DNA from: Pristiophorus japonicus
Lineage: Eukaryota
Assembly (NCBI RefSeq): GCF_044704955.1
Contig: NC_092008.1
Location: forward strand, 2,418,001-2,482,000
DNA: 64,000 nt
Direction: 5' to 3'
Shown: positions 1-11,300 of the stretch, in pieces
How the letters are laid out: every line of letters begins with the position of its first letter
Position numbering within the stretch: the stretch's first letter is position 1
Notes under the pieces: generated by a model
Databases searched by the model: none
What the model was told of the DNA's origin: nothing
What the model saw: only the letters and a program-made list of their open reading frames with translations
Program-made: the position numbers and the translations under genes

Positions 1-250
1 CCGTCCCAATCACCGCTCTGCCCCAGCACCTCGGCCGATGAGTTTTCAAGCCTCCCTTCCCAGTGAAGGAATTCAGTCTCGCCCTCCGCGCGTCTCATTG
101 GCTGCAGGTTTTTTTGGCACAGAGATCCTAACTCATCCGACACTTGGCACCGGATCAAGATGCCGAAACCGGTCATGCAGGAAACAAGTCCCGGGGAATT
201 TCCCGGGGAGGTGGGTTGAAGGTGATTTTCCCCTGGCCTGTCGGCTGTCA
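1..250. promoter_or_regulatory. Promoter/enhancer-like unique stretch with CCAAT boxes in both orientations and an NF-kB site GGGGAATTTCCC (193-204)
   Basis: Motif matches only. Confidence 0.35.
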
Positions 251-338
251 AATGCAACATTTAACTCTTTAGTACAAGAGGGTTTAAGTATAACAGTAAA
301 CAAGTCTTGCTACAATTGTACCACTGTCCATCTGTGTG

Positions 339-915
339 GTCAGACCACACTTGGAGCACTGTGCACAGTTCTGGTCTCCATATACCTGGGTTAGACCACA
401 CTTGGAGCACCGTGCACAGGTCTGGTCTCCATATACCTGGGTTAGACCACACTTGGAGCACCATGCACAGTTCTTGTCTCCATATACCTGGGTTAGACCA
501 CACTTGGAGCACCGTGCACAGGTCTGGTCTCCATATACCTGGGTTAGACCACACTTGGAGCACTGTGCACAGTTCTTGTCTCCATATACCTGGGTTAGAC
601 CACACTTGGAGCACCGTGCACAGTTCTTGTCTCCATATACCTGGGTTAGACCACACTTGGAGCACCGTGCACAGGTCTGGTCTCCATATACCTGGGTTAG
701 ACCACACTTGGAGCACCGTGCACAGGTCTGGTCTCCATATACCTGGGTTAGACCACACTTGGAGCACCGTGCACAGTTCTTGTCTCCATATACCTGGGTT
801 AGACCACACTTGGAGCACTGTGCACAGTTCTTGTCTCCATATACCTGGGTTAGACCACACTTGGAGCACTGTGCACAGTTCTTGTCTCCATATACCTTGG
901 GTTAGACCACATTTG
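339..915 (+). repeat. 51-bp tandem array derived from CR1 ORF2 (VRPHLE..QFWSP segment), about 11 copies
   Basis: Unit gggttagaccacacttggagcaccgtgcacaggtctggtctccatatacct; a second array on - at ~51712-52076. Confidence 0.9.
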
Positions 916-1210
916 GAAGTAATTAACTGTCAGCATCATCATAGCTTCACTCACTCAGAGAGTGGTGAACCTGTGGAATTCTCTACCAGAACAAATTCCT
1001 ACAGAAAGTTGTTGAGGCCAGTTCGTTGGATATACTCAAAAGGGAGTTAGATGTGGCCCTTACAGCTAAAGGGATCAAGGGGTATGGAGAGAAAGCAGGA
1101 GTAGGGTACTGAAGTTGCATGATCAGCCATGATCATATTGAATGGCGGTGAAGGCTCAAAGGGCCGAATAGCCTGCCCTGCACCTAATTTCCATGTTTCT
1201 ATGATTCTAT

Positions 1211-1900
1211 AGGCAGTCCCTCGGAATCGAGGAAGACTTGCTTCCGCTCTAACAATGAGTCCTTAGGTGGCTGAATAGTCCAATACGGGAACCACAGTCC
1301 CTGTCACAGGTGGGACAGACGGTGGTTGAGGGAAGGGGAGGGTGGGACTGGTTTGCCGCACGCTCCTTCCGCTGCCTGCGCTTGGTTTCTGCACGCTCTC
1401 GGCGACGAGACTCGAGGTGCTCAGCGCCCCTCCCGGATGCACTCCCTCCACTTAGGGCGGACTGGTCTTTGGGCCCAGGGACCCCCAGGTGTCGGTGGGG
1501 ATGTTGCACTTTATCAGGGAGGCTTTGAGGGTGGTCCCCTGTAACGTTTCCTCTGCCCACCTTTGGCTCGTTTGCCCGTGAAGGAGTTCCGAGTAGAGCG
1601 CTTGCTTTGGGGAGTCTCGTGTCGGGGGGGACATGCGGACAATGTGGCCCTGCCCAGCGGAGCTGGTCGCGTGTGGTCAGTGCTTCGATGCCGGGGATGT
1701 TGGCCTGGTCGAGGACACTAACGTTGGTGCGTCTGTCCTCCCGGGGGATTTGCAGGATCTTGCGGAGACAGCGTTGGTGGTATTTCTCCAGCGACTTGAG
1801 GTGTCTACTGTACATGGTCCGTGTCTCTGAGCCACACAGGAGGGCGGGTATCACTACAGCCCTGTAGACCATGAGCTTGGTGGCCAGTTTGAGGGCCTGC
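1211..1900 (-). mobile_element. RTE-clade LINE 3' fragment (other copies ~14290-14712, 22870-23330, 42000-42870, 48095-48686)
   Basis: [52 protein letters not shown]; frameshifted. Confidence 0.85.
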
Positions 1901-2049
1901 CTATGATGATGAGTAGCCCATGTCCCCCTAACAAGCGGGCCCCAGAACGACACCTGATCACTGCGTGTCCCACCAGTCACATCGTTTGATGCCGATACTC
2001 TCCCTTTAATGGAAACCATCCCTTTAATGGACGTCTTGAGCAAGACACG

Positions 2050-2270
2050 AGGAAGAGGAAGTGAATGAATTGACGAAAGAAGCCTTGTCTGGTGTTGGCG
2101 AGGTTGGGCGATGTGAGTGCTGGGGGAGTTTCCAAGCCGACGGCTGTGTGTGGGAGGAGTCGGGTTGGTAAGCCGAGCGTCTGTACCTGAGCGATTCAGA
2201 ACCATTCCTCGCTTGGACGAGACACACCGACAGCCCAGACGGCTCGCCAATCCTTCGGCCTCCCGTCGAG
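2050..2270 (+). promoter_or_regulatory. Putative WB-like #1 promoter: ETS/PU.1 GAGGAAGTGAA (2055-2065), NF-kB GGGAGTTTCC (2124-2133), CCAAT (2247-2251)
   Basis: Consensus matches just upstream of the leader ATG. Confidence 0.45.
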
Positions 2271-2343
2271 ATGCCGGCTTGCTCCCGAGGGACCGTCCTG
2301 GTGGCGATGGTGACTGTCGTGGCCGCGGTGGAGGGCTGGAGCG
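2271..2343 (+). CDS. WB-like #1 exon 1, signal peptide MPACSRGTVLVAMVTVVAAVEGWS
   Basis: ATG at 2271, hydrophobic core, 73 nt (phase 1), donor GTAAGT at 2344; joins in frame to 16620 (G+AC = Asp). Confidence 0.8.
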
Positions 2344-5300
2344 GTAAGTGGCTTCATTAACCCTCGCTCGCATCAACCTTCTGTCCCACTGCTGATCCGG
2401 GGGCTGGAGGGGGTTACAGAGATAGGGAGGGGTGTAGGGGCTGGAGGGGGTTACAGAGATAGGGAGGGGTGTAGGGGCTGGAGGAGGTTACAGAGATAGG
2501 GAGGGGTGTAGAGGCTGGATGGGGTTACAGAGATAGGGAGGCATGTAGGGGCTGGAGGAGGTTACAGAGATAGGGAGGGGTGTAGGGGATGGAGGGGGTT
2601 ACAGAGATAGGGAGGGGTGTAGGGGATGGAGGGGGTTACAGAGATCGGGAGGGGTGTAAGTGTTGCAGGAGGTTACAGAGATAGGGAGGGGTGTAGTTGT
2701 CATGTATTGAACGATCAGTGTAACCCATGTATAATCTGACCTAAGTTGTACACCTTGAGAACATTGACCACTAGGTGGTGAACTTGTGGGAGACACTCCT
2801 AACCTGGACTTTCAGGTATAAAAGGGGAAGCTCCACCCACCTTCATCACTTGAGGTCTTGGTAATAAAGGTAACTGGTCACAGAGTGAGATTCTCTCAAG
2901 TATGGGCCTCGTGTGCATTTATACTGCATAGTAAGGACATATCACTGGCGATGAGAAACTGGGATTTAAACCATGCGAGCAGGGCCACTAGCAGCACAGA
3001 AGAGAGGTACTGTGTTGGTGATGATTGGGACGACTTTATTGAGAACTACAGCAAAGTTTGGTCACTAAGGAATGGTTGGGACAGGATTCGGCCGACAAAC
3101 GCAGGGCCCATCTCCTGACGGTTTGTGGATCCAGGACGTACTCCCTGATGAAGGACCTTCTAGCGCCAGAGAAGCCGGCGGACAAGACGTTCGAAGAGCT
3201 CAGTAAGTTGATCGGAGAACAGTTTAAACCGGCGAGCAGCATGCACATGGTGAGACACCGGTTTTACACTCACCGGCAGTGAGAAGGGCAAAGCGTTCCA
3301 GACTTCGTGGCAGACCTCCGGCGACTGGCGAGCCTATGTAAGTTCCCAGATACATGCAGAGCGGAGATGCTGCGAGACTTTTTTATTGAGGGCATCGGGC
3401 ACGCTGGGGTTTTCAGGAAACTGATTGAGACCAAAGATTTGACCTTGGGAGCGGCGGCTCTGATAGCCCAGACATTTATCTCGGGGGAGGAAGAGACCAG
3501 AATGATGTATGACAAAAATCTTGGCTCAAATGCGGCAAACGACCAGGGAGTCAACATTGTTAACGCGGAACACAGCTCTCCAGGCAGACAAGGGCAATCG
3601 GACATGCCCCAGCATGTAGTCGAACCCAAAGGGGGAATTCAACAGAGACAATGGCTAGCTGAACGGCAATTCATGCCATTGCAAGGGACAATGCGGCCTG
3701 TAATGGGGCCATCAACACCTGTCAATGGTGCGCTTAAGGACAGTTACAGAGACAGTCAGAGACGATCGACTGGTAATGGACCTTTGTTTCCAACAATGGG
3801 GCCTCTAGCTCATGCTGGAGGTGTGGAGGCAAACACCCAGCGAGAGCTTGCAGGTATCAGCAATATACCTGCAGAAACTGCAACGTCAGCGGTCACTTGG
3901 TGCATATGTGCAGGAAGCCTGCAGCCAGGTTGATGTACGAGGAGGACGGGCCCAATGTAAGCCCTACGAGGCCAAATGGACACTGGGGGAAATCGCTGGA
4001 AGCTGAAGTTCAGCGAGTTCATGTGGAGCACGTATACAGTTCATACACCAGGACGCCACCGATAATGATGAAAGTGCTCCTCAATGGCATCCCAGTATTA
4101 ATGGAGCTAGACACGGGGGCCAGCAAGTCCCTGATGAGTATCAAACAGTTCGACAAGTTGTGGCCGTCCAAGGCCAGGAGGCCAAAATTATTGCCGATTG
4201 ACGCACAGCTGCGGACATGCACAAAGGAGATCATTCCGGTGCTAGGCAGCACCACGGTAGTCTTGACCCACAAAGATTCGGAGAACAGGTTGCCATTCTG
4301 GATTGTCCCAGGGGACGGTCCCGCACTACTGGGGAGGAGTTGGCTTGCTGTCATGAACTGGAAATGGGGCGATGTCAATGCAATTTCTTCTGTGGAGCGA
4401 GTATCATGCTCACAGGTTCTGGACAAATTTGACTCATTATTTCAACCCGGCATCGGCACTTTCATGGGGACCAAGGTAGTGATTCACATAAACCCGGACG
4501 CCAGGCCAGTACGCCACAAGGCCAGAGCGGTGCCATACGTGAAGCGGGAAAAGATAGAAGGCGAATTGGACCGCCTGCTGAGGGAAGGCATCATCTCGCC
4601 AGTCGAATTCAGTGACTGGGCGAGCCCGATCGTGCCGGTGCTCAAGGCGGATGGGTCGGTCAGGATATGTGGCGATTACAAGGCCACCATCAATAGTGTG
4701 TCACTCCAAGACCAGTACCCGCTACCGAGAGCGGAGGACCTCTTTGCGACGCTATCCGGTGGCAAACTTTTTTCAAAATTGGACCTGACCTCAGCTTACA
4801 TGACCCAGGAGCTGGCGAGTGAGTCGAAGAAGCTGACCACCATCACGACACACAAGGGGTTGTTTGAGTACAACAGATGTCCGTTCGGGATTCGCTCGGC
4901 CGCCGCGATCTTCCAGCGAAATATGGAAAGCCTCCTCAAGTCGATTCCAAGGACGGTGGTTTTTCAGGACGACATCCTCATTACGGGTTACGATACTGAA
5001 GAACACCTCCACAACCTGGAGGAGGTGCTACGCAGACTGGACCGGGTTGGGCTGCGACTGAAAAAGGCGAAGTGCGTCTTCCTAGCTCCCAAGGTAGAAT
5101 TCCTGGGGATGAGGGTAGCAGCAGACGGGATCAGACCTACTGCGTCCAAAACGGAAGCGATCCAGAGACCACCCAGACCCCGTAACACAACGGAGCTGCG
5201 TTCGTTCCTGGGGCTCCTGAACTATTTTGGTAACTTTCTTCCCAAATTGAGCACGCTGCTAGAGCCGCTACATGTGCTCCTACGCAAAGGTCGCGATTGG

Positions 5301-8300
5301 GTCTGGGGGGACAGCCAGGAAAGGGCTTTTGATAGAGCACGTAATTTGTTATGTTCCAACAATCTGTTAACGTTATATGACCCATGTAAGAAAATTGTGT
5401 TAACGTGCGATACGTCGTCCTATGGGGTCGGGTGTGTGTTACAGCATGTGAATGCCAATGGTCAGTTACAGCCGGTAGCTTATGCCTCCAGAAGTCTGTC
5501 CCAGGCAGAAAGGGGCTACGGGATGGTAGAAAAGGAGGCGCTCGCATGTGGATATGCAGTAAAAAAAATGCACCAGTATCTGTTTGGCAGGAAATTTGAG
5601 TTGGAGACAGATCACAAACCTCTAACGTCCCTTTTGGCCGACAACAAGACCATAAATGCGAATGCATCGGCCCACATACAGAGGTGGACACTTACGTTAG
5701 CCGCCTATGACTATGAGTCGAGGAGGCGGGAGCTCGGAGCAGCGCGAGTCCGGGGTCGGCGAGAGGCCTATAAAGGCCAGCGGGAGCTCGGAGCAGTCAG
5801 TCGAGGAGGCGGGAGCTCGGAGCAGCGCGAGTCCGGGGTCGGCGAGAGGCCTATAAAGGCCAGTGGGAGCTCGGAGCAGTCAGTCGAGGAGGCGGGAGCT
5901 CGGAGCAGCGCGAGTCCGGGGTCGGCGAGAGGCCTATAAAGGCCAGCGGGAGTCGAGCAGTTCGAGCAGTCAGTCGAGGAGGCGGGAGCTCGGAGCAGCG
6001 CGAGTCCGGGGTCGGTGAGAGGCGTACCGGTGCAGCTACAGGGAGAAGGCAAAAAAACAAAGGTGACGTCACAGCCTAGGGGGTAAGTGATTGGCTGGTG
6101 ATTGGTGAGTAGTTTTTCTTTTTCTTCTTATATTGGTCAGTAACTTTTAACATTGTTATTACCAGTTTAAGTGTATCTAAGGGTTAAGACATGGCAGGAG
6201 AGCTCGGTCGGGTGTTATGCTCCTCCTGTACCATGTGGGAACTCAGGGACGCTTCCGGTGTCCCTGACGACTATGTGTGCGGGAAGTGTATCCGCCTCCA
6301 GCTCCTGACGGTCCGCGTTACGGAATTGGAGCTGAAGGTGGATTCACTCTGGAGCATCCACGATGCTGAGAATGACGTGAGTATCACGTGTAGTGAGTTG
6401 GTCTTACCGCAGGGAAAGGGTCCACAGCCAGATAGGGAATGGAAGACCAGCAGGAAGAGTAGAGCAAGGAAGGTAGTGCAGGGGTCCCCTGCGGTCATCC
6501 CCCTGCAAAACAGATACACCGCTTTGGGTACTGTTGAGGGGAATGACTCATCAGGGGAGGGCAGCAGCAGCCAAGTTCATGGCACTGTGGCTGGCTCTGC
6601 TGCACAGGAGGGCAAGAAAAAGAGTGGGAGAGCGATAGTGATAGGGGATTCAATTGTGAGGGGAATAGATAGGCGTTTCTGCGGCCGCAACCGAGACTCC
6701 AGGATGGTATGTTGCCTCCCTGGTGCAAGGGTCAAGGATGTCTCGGAGCGGGTGCAGGACATTCTGAAATGGGAGGGAGAACAGCCAGTTGTCGTGGTGC
6801 ACATTGGTACCAACGACATAGGCAAAAAAAGGGATGAGGTCCTACGAAACGAATTTAAGGAGCTAGGAGCTAAATTAAAAAGTAGGACCTCAAAAGTAGT
6901 AATCTCGGGATTGCTACCAGTGCCACGTGATAGTCAGAGTAGGAATCGCAGGATAGCGCAGATGAATACGTGGCTTGAGCAGTGGTGCAGCAGGGAGGGT
7001 TTCAAATTCCTGGGGCATTGGGACCGGTTCTGGGGGAGGTGGGACCAGTACAAACCGGACGGTCTGCACCTGGGCAGGACTGGAACCAATGTCCTCGGGG
7101 GAGTGTTTGCTAGTGCTGTTGGGGAGGATTTAAACTAATATGGCAGGGGGATGGGAACCAATGCAGGGAGACAGAGGGAAACAAAAAGGAGCCAAAAGCA
7201 AAAGACAGAAAGGAGATGAGGAAAAGTGTAGGGCAGAGAAACCCAAGGCAAAGAACAAAAAGGGCCACTGTACAGCAAAATTCTAAAAGGACAAAGGGTG
7301 TTAATAAAACAAGCCTGAAGGCTTTGTGTCTTAATGCAAGGAGTATCCACAATAAGGTGGATGAATTAATTGTGCAAATAGATGTTAACAAATATGATGT
7401 GATTGGGATTACGGAGACGTGGCTCCAGGATGATCAGGGCTGGGAACTCAACATTCAGGGGTATTCAACATTCAGGAAGGATAGAATAAAAGGAAAAGGA
7501 GGTGGGGTAGCATTGCTGGTTAAAGAGGAGATTAATGCAATAGTTAGGAAAGACATTAGCTTGGATGATGTGGAATCTATATGGGTAGAGCTGCAGAACA
7601 CCAAAGGGCAAAAAACGTTAGTAGGAGTTGTGTACAGACCTCCAAACAGTAATAGGGATGTTGGGGAGGGCATCAAACAGGAAATTAGGGGTGCATGCAA
7701 TAAAGGTGTAGCAGTTATAATGGGTGACTTTAATATGCACATAGATTGGGCTAGCCAAACTGGAAGCAATACGGTGGAGGAGGATTTCCTGGAGTGCATA
7801 AGGGATGGTTTTCTAGACCAATATGTTGAGGAACCAACTAGGGGGGAGGCCATCTTAGACTGGGTGTTGTGTAATGAGAGAGGATTAATTAGCAATCTCA
7901 TTGTGCGAGGCCCCTTGGGGAAGAGTGACCATAATATGGTGGAATTCTGCATTAGGATGGAGAATGAAACAGTAAATTCAGAGACCATGGTCCAGAACTT
8001 AAAGAAGGGTAACTTTGAAGGTATGAGGCGAGAATTGGCTAGGATAGATTGGCGAATGATACTTAGGGGGTTGACTGTGGATGGGCAATGGCAGACATTT
8101 AGAGACCGCATGGATGAAGTACAACAATTGTACATTCCTGTCTGGCGTAAAAATAAAAAGGGGAAGGTGGCTCAACCGTGGCTATCTAGGGAAATCAGGG
8201 ATAGTATTAAAGCCAAGGAAGTGGCATACAAATTGGCCAGAAATAGCAGCGAACCTGGGGACTGGGAGAAATTTAGAACTCAGCAGAGGAGGACAAAGGG

Positions 8301-11300
8301 TTTGATTAGGACAGGGAAAATGGAGTACGAGAAGAAGCTTGCAGGGAACATTAAGGCGGATTGCAAAAGTTTCTATAGGTATGTAAAGAGAAAAAGGTTG
8401 GTGAAGACAAACGTAGGTCCCCTGCAGTCAGAATCAGGGGAAGTCATAACGGGGAACAAAGAAATGGCGGATCAATTGAACAAGTACTTTGGTTCGGTAT
8501 TCACTAAGGAGGATACAAACAACCTTCCGGATATAAAAGGGGTCAGAGGGTCTAGTAAGGAAGAGGAACTGAGGGAAATCTTTATTAGTCGGGAAATTGT
8601 GTTGGGGAAATTGATGGGATTGAAGGCAGATAAATCCCCAGGGCCTGATGGCCTGCATCCTAGAGTACTTAAGGAGGTGGCCTTGGAAATAGCGGATGCA
8701 TTGACAGTCATTTTCCAACATTCCATTGACTCTGGATCAGTTCCTATGGAGTGGAGGGTAGCCAATGTAACCCCACTTTTTAAAAAAGGAGGGAGAGAGA
8801 AAACAGGGAATTATAGACCGGTCAGCCTGACCTCAGTAGTGGGTAAAATGATGGAATCAATTATTAAGGATGTCATAGCAGTGCATCTGGAAAATGGTGA
8901 CATGATAGGTCCAAGTCAGCATGGATTTGTGAAAGGGAAATCATGCTTGACAAATCTTCTGGAATTTTTTGAGGATGTTTCCAGTAAAGTGGACAAAGGA
9001 GAACCAGTTGATGTGGTATATTTGGACTTTCAGAAGGCTTTCGACAAGGTCCCACACAAGAGATTAATGTGCAAAGTTAAAGCACATGGGATTGGGGGTA
9101 GTGTGCTGACGTGGATTGAGAACTGGTTGTCAGACAGGAAGCAAAGAGTAGGAGTAAACGGGTACTTTTCAGAATGGCAGGCAGTGACTAGTGGAGTGCC
9201 GCAAGGTTCTGTGCTGGGGCCCCAGCTGTTTACATTGTACATTAATGATTTAGACGAGGGGATTAAATGCAGTATCTCCAAATTTGCGGATGATACTAAG
9301 TTGGGTGGCAGTGTGAGCTGCGAGGAGGATGCTATTAGGCTGCAGAGTGACTTGGATAGGTTAGGTGAGTGGGCAAATGCATGGCAGATGAAGTATAATG
9401 TGGATAAATGTGAGGTTATCCACTTTGGTGGTAAAAACAGAGAGACAGACTATTATCTGAATGGTGACAGATTAGGAAAAGGGAAGGTGCAACGAGACCT
9501 GGGTGTCATGGTACATCAGTCATTGAAGGTTGGCATGCAGGTACAGCAGGCGGTTAAGAAAGCAAATGGCATGTTGGCCTTCATAGCGAGGGGATTTGAA
9601 TACAGGGGCAGGGAGGTGTTGCTACAGTTGTACAGGGCCTTGGTGAGGCCACACCTGGAGTATTGTGTACAGTTTTGGTCTCCTAACTTGAGGAAGGACA
9701 TTCTTGCTATTGAGGGAGTGCAGCGAAGGTTCACCAGACTGATTCCCGGGATGGCGGGACTGACCTATCAAGAAAGATTGGATCAATTGGGCTTGTATTC
9801 ACTGGAGTTCAGAAGAATGAGAGGGGACCTCATAGAAACATATAAAATTCTGACGGGTTTAGACAGGTTAGATGCAGAAAGAATGTTCCCAATGTTGGGG
9901 AAGTCCAGAACCAGGGGTCACAGTCTGAGGATAAGGGGTAAGCCATTTAGGACCGAGATGAGGAGAAACTTCTTCACCCAGAGAGTGGTGAACCTGTGGA
10001 ATTCTCTACCACAGAAAGTAGTTGAGGCCAATTCACTAAATATATTCAAAAGGGAGTTAGATGAAGTCCTTACTACTCGGGGGATCAAGGGTTATGGCGA
10101 GAAAGCAGGAAGGGGGTACTGAAGTTTCATGTTCAGCCATGAACTCATTGAATGGCGGTGCAGGCTAGAAGGGCTGAATGGCCTGCTCCTGCACCTATTT
10201 TCTATGTTTCTATGTTTCTATGTTTACACAATTTGGCACAGACCGGGCACTGAAAACTGCGCCGATGCACTCAGCAGGCTCCCACTAGCCACCACTGAGG
10301 GGGCTACCGAGCATGCTGCTGAGATGGTCATAGCTGTTGAAGCTTTCGAAAGCGAAGGCTCACCTGTGACAGCCCGTCAGATTAACGTCTGGACAAATAG
10401 AGACCCGCTATTGTCTTTAGTTAAGAAATGTGTCCTGAATGGGGACTGGGCAGCCACGTACGGGGCATGCCCTGAGGAGTTTAAACCGTTTCATAGGCGC
10501 AAGGATGAACTCGCGATTCAGGCCGATTGCCTACTGTGGGGAAACCGAGTAGTCATGCCCCAGATGGGCAGAGAGGTGTTCATCAGAGAACTCCACAATG
10601 AGCACCCGGGCATTGTCATGATGAAGGCAATTGCCAGGTCACACGTTTGATGGCCAGGGATAGACGCTGATCTGGAACTTAGTGTTCGCAGGTGCAACAC
10701 GTGTGCCCAGCTGGGCAATGCGCCCAGGGAAGCCCCCCTTAGCCCCTGGCCATGGCCCACCAAGCCTTGGTCACGCATCCATGTGGACTACGCAGGTCCT
10801 TTCATGGGAAAAATGTTTTTGGTTGTAGTAGACGCCTACTCCAAATGGATCGAGTGTGACATTTTAAATTCAAGTACATCCTTTGCCACGGTAGAAAGTC
10901 TACGGGCAATGTTCGCCGCCCACGGTCTACCGGACATCTTGGTCAGCGACAATGGCCCGTGCTTCACAAGCACTGAATTCCAGGACTTCATGGCAGGCAA
11001 TGGAATTAACCATGTCAGAACGGCACCGTTCAAGCCGGCCTCAAATGGCCAGGCAGCACGAGCAGTGCAGATAATCAAACAGGGGATGCTCAGAATCCAA
11101 GGGGGTTCTCTACAAAGTCGCTTATCACGCCTCCTGTTGGCCAATAGATCCCGACCACACTCACTCACAGGGGTTCCACCCGCAGAGCTACTAATGAAAA
11201 GGACGCTCAAAACCAGGTTATCCCTTATACACCCTACTATGAAAGAAATTGTTGAGAGCAGGAATCAGTCACAATGTGACTATCATGACAGGAATGCGAG

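Larger units (their letters stand above)
5715..10225 (+). mobile_element. Full-length CR1 LINE nested in Gypsy pol
   Basis: Tandem-repeat 5'UTR, ORF1, ORF2, 3'UTR and (tttctatg)n tail. Confidence 0.95.

Noticed and set aside
261-1050. ORFs of 189-247 aa with 17-residue periodicity
   Set aside because: Translations of the 51-bp CR1-derived tandem repeat
3897-5939. 680-aa protein with a novel C-terminus
   Set aside because: Gypsy pol reading into the inserted CR1 5'UTR repeats
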